Positions 8,697 to 16,772 of a stretch of DNA of 64,000 bases are shown here, in pieces. The stretch is from an uncultured Candidatus Kuenenia sp. (GTDB taxonomy: Bacteria; Planctomycetota; Planctomycetia; Pirellulales; UBA1268). Position 1 is the first letter of the stretch. The number at the start of each line of letters is the position of its first letter. The stretch lies in contig CAZJHQ010000001.1 of NCBI GenBank assembly GCA_964545915.1, positions 248,341-312,340 on the forward strand, given 5' to 3'. Both the position numbers and the translations under genes were made by a program. The notes below the pieces were generated by a model, which saw only the letters and a list, made by a program, of their open reading frames with translations, was not told the DNA's origin and did not search any database.

Positions 8697-10111
8697 CGGA
8701 GTGGCCCCGTTGCGGCAAGTCGCGCATCACCAGGGCCCGTGCCCGCCTCGTCGAGCCAGCGACCGATTTGCGCGAGCACCGCGGCATCGTACGCCTCCTC
8801 CCAGGCCGGAGGCCTGCCGGCCCGGATCCAGCCGATCAGCTGCACGACCGCCTCGACCTCCGCCGGCGTGCCGGCGAAGGGCGGCATGAAGGGCTTCGTC
8901 CGCTGGAGCTGCGCGATGTTGAGCCGCCGCTGGTCGATCGACCACGTCGCCGCCAGCTCGCACACGGCGTTCATGCCCTCGAGCGTATGGCACACGGAGC
9001 ACTGCACCCGAAAAACCTTCGCGCCGAGTGCCACCTGGGCGTTGGGGTACGCCGCCGCATCCCGCAGCGGATAGGGGTCGTCGGTGGCACAGCCCCTCTG
9101 CCGGAGCTGCTCGATCCCGTCGCGGGCGATCGAGTTGGAGTAGAGGTACTCCCGGATCGTGAACGGCTTCCGCACGCCTTCGCGCACGAACTCGCCCCCG
9201 GCCGTGGCGGCGAACGCCAGGGCCAGCAGCAGCGTGGCGGTGGCGCCGTTGACGTACAGCCGCTGGCGCAGGATGGCCACGACGGCGTACAGGCCGACGA
9301 GCGTCGAACTGCCCACGGCCATCGTGAGAAACAGTGTCATCGGCACGCTTCCGCCCGTCGTCCAGCCGCGGCTGTCGGCGGGCATGGTCGCCAGATACCA
9401 GGCCCCCACCAGCGGCATCGCCAGCATGGCGACCAGCGGCCGGGCACACACGGCCACCAGTTCGTGCCGCTCCTCACGGGTGAACCCGCCCACCGCATTG
9501 ACGAGAACACAGGCTGCCAGCGCAGCGATCGCTGCCGCGGAGATCGTGCGAAAGATGAGCGAGGGCAGGAATCCGGGATTGAAAAACCCGGCCCACACGT
9601 CGTGTGTCTCCAGCCATCCGCCAGGGGTCAGCTGCCAGGACAGGATCCCGTTGATCCAGAAGAGGCTCATCCAAGAGGCACCCGAGTAGAGCAGGAGCAG
9701 CTGCAGCCGCGCCGGGTCGGTGAGCCGTGGCCCGTAGCGGTAGAAGAGATAGCCGGCCACGACCTCCAGACAGAAGAACGTCCACTCGGTGGCCCACACC
9801 CAGTGAAACTCCCGCACCATCGTGGCGATCGTGCGGGGGCTGACCTGAATGCTCGTAAACCACATCGCCACGCCCGTGACGGCGCCGAGCACGAAGCTCA
9901 CGAGCACGAGCACCTTGAAGTAGTCGTCGGCGAATCGGCGGGCCAGCCGGCAGGCACCCCGCATGTGGAGCCACTGCAGGTAGCAGAGCAGCATGCCCCC
10001 GCCGATGGCGAATTGCGCGAGAAAGACGTGGAAGATGCCCAGGCCGCCGATCACCAGCCCCTTCATGAGCGGGCCGACGTCGATGACGGGAAAGTATTCC
10101 AGGGGTTGCAT
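8693..10111 (-). CDS. Cytochrome bd-like (CydA-like) membrane domain fused to a C-terminal c-type cytochrome domain
   Basis: N-terminal helices resemble quinol oxidase subunit I (...GLGIFHVFLAQFAIGGGMLL...). C-terminal soluble domain carries a CSVCH haem-c motif followed by ...MPPF.... Confidence 0.6.
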   Translation of the reverse strand: MQPLEYFPVIDVGPLMKGLVIGGLGIFHVFLAQFAIGGGMLLCYLQWLHMRGACRLARRFADDYFKVLVLVSFVLGAVTGVAMWFTSIQVSPRTIATMVREFHWVWATEWTFFCLEVVAGYLFYRYGPRLTDPARLQLLLLYSGASWMSLFWINGILSWQLTPGGWLETHDVWAGFFNPGFLPSLIFRTISAAAIAALAACVLVNAVGGFTREERHELVAVCARPLVAMLAMPLVGAWYLATMPADSRGWTTGGSVPMTLFLTMAVGSSTLVGLYAVVAILRQRLYVNGATATLLLALAFAATAGGEFVREGVRKPFTIREYLYSNSIARDGIEQLRQRGCATDDPYPLRDAAAYPNAQVALGAKVFRVQCSVCHTLEGMNAVCELAATWSIDQRRLNIAQLQRTKPFMPPFAGTPAEVEAVVQLIGWIRAGRPPAWEEAYDAAVLAQIGRWLDEAGTGPGDARLAATGPLR

Positions 10112-10321
10112 ATCACGTCATGATATCCCCGGGATGTCGAGGTCGTCGCCGGCCCAGGGGCTGGAGATTCCCAAAAACGCATCGCCCTCGGCTCATCGAG
10201 CAAAGGTTTCTGTTGGCAAGCCCGTGCTGACAGGGCACCCGTGACGTAAGCGGTCTCGAGCCCCAGGGTGCTCCCTGCCGGGTAGTGCCGTTCCCTGCGC
10301 ACTTCGGGCTTACGTCGCTTT

Positions 10322-10630
10322 TTACGTCACTTCCGAGCCGACTTTGCCGTATTCCTCGAGAAAACCACAATTCGAACTGTTCCTACTCGGGGAGTTTCTT
10401 CGCAGCGTGCCGTAAGAGTTCGCCCCGAGCTGCCTTGCGTTTCCCGGCTCGCCCCGGTCTTTCCGCTCATCTTCTGCGATCCAGCGCGCCATCTCGTCCG
10501 CCGAGAACACGCGGGGCTCTGGAAGCACCGCCCCTTCAGCCCGAAGCCGCGCAGCCAGGAAGAGCATTAACTCTTGCTTCTCAGCAGGCGAGAGCGAAAC
10601 GGCCGCGGCCTCTATATCAGCGAGTGTCAC
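10322..10630 (-). CDS. Small hypothetical protein, N-terminus resembles an addiction-module component
   Basis: GTG at 10630 gives VTLADIEAAAVSLSPAEKQELMLFLAARLRAEG.... The tail looks low-complexity and may not be coding. Confidence 0.3.
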   Translation of the reverse strand: MTLADIEAAAVSLSPAEKQELMLFLAARLRAEGAVLPEPRVFSADEMARWIAEDERKDRGEPGNARQLGANSYGTLRRNSPSRNSSNCGFLEEYGKVGSEVT

Positions 10631-10840
10631 CAGCCGCACAAGTGTATACCCATGGAGGGCGACCTGCAAAGACCGCGCACCCTGCCCACGATCGCATCTG
10701 CCGAACCGCTTTCGCCAGTGTGCGACCCCTTGCGGTTCCCTGCGAAGTTCCAACTGCGTCGGATTCTGCGTCGCCTCGATTCTGCAAACACTTACGGAAC
10801 TTTGGGGTGGCCTTGGCCGCGAACCCGACGCCTTCAGTTC

Positions 10841-10918
10841 ACCTCGCGGTGACGGTCGTGCCGGGTTCGTCACGCGACCAGATCGTCGGCTGGCTTGGCG
10901 ACGCCTCGAAAATCAGGC
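10841..10918 (+). pseudogene. DUF167 (YggU-like) gene fragment
   Basis: Translates to HLAVTVVPGSSRDQIVGWLGDASKIR. This matches residues of the intact DUF167 gene at 45301..45600 (LTLKVVPGSSRDEVVGWLGDSLKVK), then similarity breaks off. Confidence 0.6.
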
Positions 10919-11060
10919 AGGCCTCCCGCATCGGCTGATCTCGAACGACGGCTATCACCTCCCGAAGAAACAGATATGGCAAAACACCCAGACAGGGATG
11001 CTGCATTCGAAATTCACTCGGCCTCACCTTGCGTATGTCAGGGTCCGAATCCGGGGGTGA

Positions 11061-11323
11061 AACTGCTGCCCGAAAAGCGGTGAGCCTCCGGCGATGCTGA
11101 TCTACAGCCTCGTCATTGTCTGGTTCACCCGCGAAGGACATCGCCGATGGCGGCCCGCAGGTCACGCGTGGTATGCGACGAACCGCGATCCATCGTTCGC
11201 CGACATGCCCGCCGAACTGAAATGACGCAGCATGCGCGGCTGCATTTTGGCACTGCCGTTTGACAAGCGGGTGCCGCGGAAACTCTTCCGCATCCTGGAA
11301 AACACGGTCAGCATGGCCGCGTA
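11061..11323 (+). mobile_element. DDE transposase C-terminal remnant (IS701/IS4-like) with in-frame stop
   Basis: MLIYSLVIVWFTREGHRRWRPAGHAWYATNRDPSFADMPAELK*RSMRG...PRKLFRILENTVSMAA* resembles the conserved C-terminus of IS701-like transposases. TGA at 11218-11220 interrupts it and no N-terminal catalytic part is present. Confidence 0.55.
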
Positions 11324-11566
11324 AACTGCAAAGCCCGAGTTTACAACGCTGGGCATCAGCCCGAAGACGGTCTACGAGATCGAGGGGCGGCCCTGCTACG
11401 CGACCGAGGACGGCAAGGGGAAACCGGTCGAGGCGATCTTCGCGTCGCAGGAGCCGCTGCTCCACCGGATGCGGTGCACGCGACACGATCCACCCGCCAG
11501 GTGTGATACGATGCCATCGTGTCGCTCGTCGCGAGCGTCACAGGGGCTAACAACAGCGAGGCGGTC

Positions 11567-12703
11567 ATGTCGAAGCGAGGCGATGTGGGCGGATGGGCAG
11601 CCGTCGTCACGGCAGTGGCTATGCTGCTACCGGGCCCGGCAGCAGCGTGCGACAACCCCGTCTATCGCTATGCCCTCGAGCGGTGGCAGCCGGACGACTT
11701 CCTGATCGTGGCGCCGGCATCCGCCCTGAAGACGCTGCGGCAGGCGATCGACGCGGTCGCGAGCCGCGGGCCGCGGCCCAACGTCGCGGTCCTCGATCCG
11801 ACGGAGGCGGCGCAGCTCGGTCGTCAGGCCGATCCCGAGCGGATGGTGCTACTCGCCCCACCGGGCGGATGGCAGACGGGCGGGGTCGACGAGGCCTGGA
11901 GCGGCCCGCCCACGGCCGAATCGCTCGCCCGCATCACGGACTCACCGGCGCGGCGGGAGCTCGCCAAGCGGCTCATTGCCGGCGAGGCCATCGTGTGGCT
12001 CGTCGTCGCCCGCGGCGAAGCCGACGACGATGGGCGGAAGCGAATCGATCCCTTGATCACCGAATACATCCAGGATGTCGTCGCGATGGACAAGGCTCGG
12101 CAGGACGAACCGGCGGCGGGCGAGTCCGACGCACCGACCGTGAAGCCGAGCGACAAGGCGGTCTTCTGGCCTCCCAGGATGTCGGTGCTGCGGTTGCGGG
12201 CCGACGACCCGCAGGAGCGGGTGTTCGTGGCGATGCTGATGGCCTCGGCCGAGCCGGATGTGGCCGAGGCCGCGGCCGTGTTCCCGGTGTTCGGTCGCGG
12301 CCGAACGCTCGGCGGCATCCCGCTTGCGAAGCTCGACGCGGAGCAGTTTCGGTCGGCGTGCGATTTCCTCACCGGCGCCTGCTCGTGCGAGGTGAAGGAG
12401 ATGACCCCCGGAAGCGACCTGCTCTTGGCGGCCGACTGGAACACGGTGCCCAGGCTCATTCCGCGGCGCGGCGGAGAGGCGTTCGCCGATTTCGAGCAGG
12501 GCGATGAGAGCACCGCGGACACGCCGCAGACGGAGCGGACGGAGGCCGAGCCCAACCCGACCGTGCATGCGTCCCCAGCAGCCACGCCTGCGGCGGCCAC
12601 CTCCCCGGCGGCCGGCCGGGCGACGCCGCCCCTGGCCGTCTGGCTCGCCGTCGCGGCCGGGCTGCTGTGTTGCCTGGCGTGGCTCGCGCGGGTGAGCCGC
12701 TGA
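11567..12703 (+). CDS. Secreted/anchored hypothetical protein (signal peptide, C-terminal TM anchor)
   Basis: ATG at 11567 in ORF 11519..12703. Signal peptide ...AVAMLLPGPAAAC, conserved-looking CDNPVYRYALERW, Pro/Ala-rich spacer and terminal hydrophobic helix. Confidence 0.6.
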   Translation: MSKRGDVGGWAAVVTAVAMLLPGPAAACDNPVYRYALERWQPDDFLIVAPASALKTLRQAIDAVASRGPRPNVAVLDPTEAAQLGRQADPERMVLLAPPGGWQTGGVDEAWSGPPTAESLARITDSPARRELAKRLIAGEAIVWLVVARGEADDDGRKRIDPLITEYIQDVVAMDKARQDEPAAGESDAPTVKPSDKAVFWPPRMSVLRLRADDPQERVFVAMLMASAEPDVAEAAAVFPVFGRGRTLGGIPLAKLDAEQFRSACDFLTGACSCEVKEMTPGSDLLLAADWNTVPRLIPRRGGEAFADFEQGDESTADTPQTERTEAEPNPTVHASPAATPAAATSPAAGRATPPLAVWLAVAAGLLCCLAWLARVSR

Positions 12704-12773
12704 CTGCTTGCGGAGATGCCGCTGACCGGATTCCCGGTGCCATTTCCCCGTGTCATCAATCTGGAGAAAAACG

Positions 12774-15617
12774 ATGCGCGACGTCAGAAATATGGCACTG
12801 CGGGGCGGGATGCTGTGTGCAACCGCGGTGGCGGTGTGGTTGGGGGTGGCCAGCGCCGGCGGTGAGCCGGCGCGGGCGGGCGAGGCGGATGCGCTGCGGC
12901 GGGAAACGGGATGGCCGAACGGGCTGGTGGTGGTGCTGGACGAACCCGGCCTGGCCCTGGATCTGGGCAAAGACGGTCGCCAGCTCGTGATGTTTTTGAG
13001 CACCGACCCGCAGGCCGCGCATGCGGTGCGGGAGCAGATCCTGGCGGCGGGGCTGGCGGGCATCGTGACGGCCGATGTCTGGGATGGCGCGGCGATTCCG
13101 CTGCGCGGAAAACTCGCGAACGTGGTGGCGGTGGGGAATGCGGCCGCGGCGCCGCCGGCGGAGGAGCTGCGACGGGTGGTGATCCCGGGCGGCAGCATCT
13201 ACCGGAAGCGAGGCGGGCAGTGGGTCGATGAGAAGACGCCCTGGCCGGCGGAGTATGACGACTGGACGAACGTCGACGGTCTCGCTTCCGGCAACGCGGT
13301 GAGCCGCGATCGTGAGGCGACGATGCCCAAGGGTTTCCAGTGGATCGGCGGCATGGGTAGCCACAAGCAGGATGGCACCGATCCGTTGATCGAGCGGGAC
13401 ACTGCGGTCATGGACTATTGGGTGGCGGCGAAGGCCTACAAAGCCGCGGGCCCCATGCCGGGGAACGCCCTGTCACCGGAGCTGGCGGAGCGGCTGACGC
13501 TGAAGCCGTTGCCGGTGAACCTTTCGCACCCCACGCGTGTCGGGCGGGATGCGTTCAACGGTTTGCCACGGTGGACGCACCTGTACTCGAGCCGCGGCCT
13601 GACGAGCCTGACCCTCGGCGGAGGAAACGCCTATTTCCCGCTGCAGCCGGTCAACACCTGGGGGAAGGCGGTCACGGAAGACCGTGTCACGCCGATCCGG
13701 GCGGTGGATCTGCGAACCGGGGAGGTCCGTGCCACGTTCAACGACGCGCCGGCGTGGCGGACACCGGTGCAGAAGGGGGCGCGTGAGGATCGCATCCAGG
13801 TGGCGTACGACCGGGGCCGCGTGTACATCGCGGGGCCGGGTCGGGTGACGGCGTCGGACGCCAAATCGGGCGCGTTGCTGTGGTCGGTGGATGGGGAAGG
13901 GGCGACGATGACGTTTCCGGTGATCAGCCCGGACGGCAAGACGCTCTACTGCCTCGACGGCGACGGCGTGCCGCAGACGATTCGTTACTTTGGCATGCGA
14001 CAGGTGCGGGCGGTCGTGGCGATCGACACGGCCACCGGCAAACTCCGCTGGCGATCCGCGGTTACCAGCAACGAGGCTTCGCAACTGCTCGCGCTGGATG
14101 ACGGCGTCTTGGTGGGCCGCCTTCCGCATCACGGCTGGAACGTGGGCGCAAAGAAGAAAAAAACTTCGGGCGAAGACGAGCCGTACGTGACCGGAGTGGA
14201 TCGCTTCGATGTCAGTGGCAAGAAGCTGTGGACGACCAGCCGGGTGCCGGGGAAGGGATCGGCTTTGGGGGATGGCCAGATCGGCAACGGCGGGATGAAC
14301 ATGCTCGTCAAGGACGGTGCGGTGTTCGTGGCGGAACACTGGCGGACGGTGCGGATCGACCTCGCGAGCGGCGCAGCGGAGTCGTTCTCGCATCCGAACA
14401 TCGGCTGCCAGCGGCTGTTCGGGCTGGCCGATTCGATCGCATGTGCGAATCTGGTGCTGTGGAGCTGGCCGGGTGGGCAGACCAATCCTTCGTGGACATA
14501 CACCGGGATAGCGCACCCGGAGTGTGGGAGCGGATTCAGCGTGGCGAACGGGCGGTTCTACATTCGCTCGATGAACATGTGCGACTGCAACTTTCATCTC
14601 CGCACGAGCCAGTGCTTCCATGCGGAGGATCCGCCGGAGCCGGTTGCGGACGCGCAGCGGCTGACGACCGCCAAAGGCATCCCGGGGCCGGTGCGAACCG
14701 TGCCGGCAGCGCCGCCGGAGCCGCATGGCTCATCGTTGATTCGGGCGGAATGGCGGCTGGGGTATTACGGCGAGCTGCACTCGGCCTGGAGCCCGGTGGT
14801 GGTGCGTCCGGATGACACCCCGCAAGGCGCCCCGCCGCGACTGGGTGAGGTGACGTTTACGCCGCGGGTGCATGCGCAGCGGCTCGAGGCGCGGAATGGG
14901 GAGGAGCTGGTCTGGGCGCAGCAGCTGGGCGGGCGGCCGGCTGGCCAGCCGGTCGTGAGCGACGGCCTCGTCATCCAGGCAAGCCGTGACGGCTTCGTCT
15001 ACGCCTTCGAGGCGGCCACGGGTGCGCCACGGTGGCGATTCCTCGCGGCCCGGGCCGACCGGCGGCTGGTCAACAGCGGGCAGCTGGAATCGGTCTGGCC
15101 GTGCGTGGGGGCCGTGCTGCACGACGGCACGCTCGCGGTCGTGGCCGGCATATCGCCCGAGACCGACGGCGGGGGCATGGCCTGGGGCTTGGACCCGGCG
15201 ACGGGGGCGATCCGCTGGAAGATCGAGATCGCGACGGCGCCGATCAGGTCCGAGGGCGGCGCGTCGACGCCGGGCCGGGAGAGTGCGGAGTTCGCGGGGT
15301 TCCACGGGTTTAAGGGGACTCGGGCCTTGGGCCGCGGGTTTGCGATGCAGGGCGTGAAGGTCGTGCAGGGAAAACTCTGCGTCGGCTATTTCCGGACGAA
15401 GAACTTCGGGTCGCACGGATCGCCGTTCTGGGCATGGGTGGCGCTCGACCCGGCGACGGATCGGAGCGTCGACCTGTGCACCCGGTGGTATGGCGAGCCG
15501 AGGCGACCGAAGTCCGGCCCGCGCGAGGAACCGCAGCCTGGGAGCTCACTCCGGTTCTTCGAGTGGGAGGACGGCTCGGTCACCGAAGGGCCGAATCCGC
15601 CTGGGACCAAGAAGTAG
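12774..15617 (+). CDS. PQQ-like beta-propeller repeat protein, secreted
   Basis: ATG at 12774 in ORF 12750..15617. Signal peptide, then repeated ...A.D..TG...W... propeller blades (AVDLRTGEVRATF, ASDAKSGALLWSV, AIDTATGKLRWRS, AFEAATGAPRWRF, GLDPATGAIRWKI). Confidence 0.75.
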   Translation: MRDVRNMALRGGMLCATAVAVWLGVASAGGEPARAGEADALRRETGWPNGLVVVLDEPGLALDLGKDGRQLVMFLSTDPQAAHAVREQILAAGLAGIVTADVWDGAAIPLRGKLANVVAVGNAAAAPPAEELRRVVIPGGSIYRKRGGQWVDEKTPWPAEYDDWTNVDGLASGNAVSRDREATMPKGFQWIGGMGSHKQDGTDPLIERDTAVMDYWVAAKAYKAAGPMPGNALSPELAERLTLKPLPVNLSHPTRVGRDAFNGLPRWTHLYSSRGLTSLTLGGGNAYFPLQPVNTWGKAVTEDRVTPIRAVDLRTGEVRATFNDAPAWRTPVQKGAREDRIQVAYDRGRVYIAGPGRVTASDAKSGALLWSVDGEGATMTFPVISPDGKTLYCLDGDGVPQTIRYFGMRQVRAVVAIDTATGKLRWRSAVTSNEASQLLALDDGVLVGRLPHHGWNVGAKKKKTSGEDEPYVTGVDRFDVSGKKLWTTSRVPGKGSALGDGQIGNGGMNMLVKDGAVFVAEHWRTVRIDLASGAAESFSHPNIGCQRLFGLADSIACANLVLWSWPGGQTNPSWTYTGIAHPECGSGFSVANGRFYIRSMNMCDCNFHLRTSQCFHAEDPPEPVADAQRLTTAKGIPGPVRTVPAAPPEPHGSSLIRAEWRLGYYGELHSAWSPVVVRPDDTPQGAPPRLGEVTFTPRVHAQRLEARNGEELVWAQQLGGRPAGQPVVSDGLVIQASRDGFVYAFEAATGAPRWRFLAARADRRLVNSGQLESVWPCVGAVLHDGTLAVVAGISPETDGGGMAWGLDPATGAIRWKIEIATAPIRSEGGASTPGRESAEFAGFHGFKGTRALGRGFAMQGVKVVQGKLCVGYFRTKNFGSHGSPFWAWVALDPATDRSVDLCTRWYGEPRRPKSGPREEPQPGSSLRFFEWEDGSVTEGPNPPGTKK

Positions 15618-16140
15618 GGGACGCGGGGCGAGCCTCCTGGGCTGCATCATCGGCGGTTCCGCCAAGACCTTTTGGCAGGTGGCACCCGCAGGTGAGCCAA
15701 GGCCGGGCGTCACCGCAAACTCCCGCAGTGGAACCAAATGAAGACGTGCAGGCGGTCAAAGAAGATGTCGGCCTGTGGTTCAACATGACGGCACTGATGG
15801 CGGCCCACCAGCGACGGCTTGATGCCCGGGCGGTGCCACTGACGTGCCAGTGAGTTTCAAGTCCTTCTGCATCGAAGGGCGGCAGTGAATCGCGACGGGG
15901 AGCAACACGTTCTCGGCATGCACCCCAGCGCCCGGTGCGACCTACTGCTCCTTCCTGCAGACTTCCAACTGCGTCGGATTCTGCGTCGCTTTCCCGCGAC
16001 AACCCCCGCTTTTCCGAACGAAAACGCAATTGTGCGTGATCCCTGTCGGGGGTAGTGCGTTTCCGCACACGCGGCTGAACTGCCCGGTTGTCCACCCGAC
16101 CCGACAAGCTCTCCGCCGCGCCGGTCGCGAACTTTTTCCG

Positions 16141-16261
16141 CGCGGGGCAGGGGATGGTGATCTTCGTCCCGCCGAGGGCCAAACACGACAAGAAGCGGAG
16201 CCCGGGGTTCTATCAAGACGTGAGCGAGTACCTCACCGACCTCGGCGTGCCGCAGGTTTGA
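16141..16261 (+). pseudogene. DUF2075 ATPase gene 3'-terminal fragment, copy R0 (last ~40 codons plus stop)
   Basis: Encodes ...ARQGMVIFVPPRAKHDKKRSPGFYQDVSEYLTDLGVPQV*, homologous to the end of the gene at 18516. Confidence 0.8.
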
Positions 16262-16268
16262 TCGCTAA

Positions 16269-16508
16269 TCACGCGCTCCGCTGCAGCACGCTTCCAAGCG
16301 CTTGTAGGGCTAGCGGTTGCGGCAACGGCTTACCGGCCTCCTCCAGCGTTTCAATCGCCTCTTCGACCATTTCGCAGAGTTCGACGAACACCTTCGTGGC
16401 GTCGTCGCCATAGGATCCGCCGTACATCAGCTGTGGACAGGTGCCGACGAAGCAATTGTCTTCGTCTGACCACTCGACAACCTTCACGTATCGGTCGCCT
16501 TTCGCCAT
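16269..16508 (-). CDS. hicB: HicB-family antitoxin
   Basis: MAKGDRYVKVVEWSDEDNCFVGTCPQLMYGGSYGDD...EEAGKPLPQP is a typical HicB N-terminal fold. Directly downstream of hicA. Confidence 0.8.
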   Translation of the reverse strand: MAKGDRYVKVVEWSDEDNCFVGTCPQLMYGGSYGDDATKVFVELCEMVEEAIETLEEAGKPLPQPLALQALGSVLQRSA

Positions 16509-16701
16509 TGGTTCACCTCGTTGATGGCCTCTTGAACCGTTTTCTCGAGATGCCGCCGAGCATCATCGCCATCCCTACCCGAATCGTAACCACTTTGGCA
16601 ACGAGCGGGTGACTGTAGTTCCGATGGCTTCCCTTGCCTGATCGCTCCTCGAATCCAGCCTTCACGAGATCCCTGACGAGTTCGCGGATTTTTCGGGGCA
16701 T
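16484..16701 (-). pseudogene. hicA: HicA toxin, apparent 1-nt frameshift
   Basis: From ATG 16701: MPRKIRELVRDLVKAGFEERSGKGSHRNYSHPLVAKVVTI. The expected continuation SGRDGDDARRHLEKTVQEAINEV is in the adjacent frame (ORF 16484..16903), with the shift near 16585. Confidence 0.7.
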
Positions 16702-16728
16702 GCGACCGTTCCTTCGGGCAACACGCAA

Positions 16729-16772
16729 GGCGTGTACAGGCGTACCGTCTTTCGTCAAGCCCCCCCGCGGGC
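16729..16772 (-). promoter_or_regulatory. J motif copy J0 (minus strand: TTGACG-N16-TACACG), upstream of hicA
   Basis: Plus strand reads ggcgtgtacaggcgtaccgtctttcgtcaagcccccccgcggg. Same motif as at 19223, 20398 and 23023. Confidence 0.45.
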
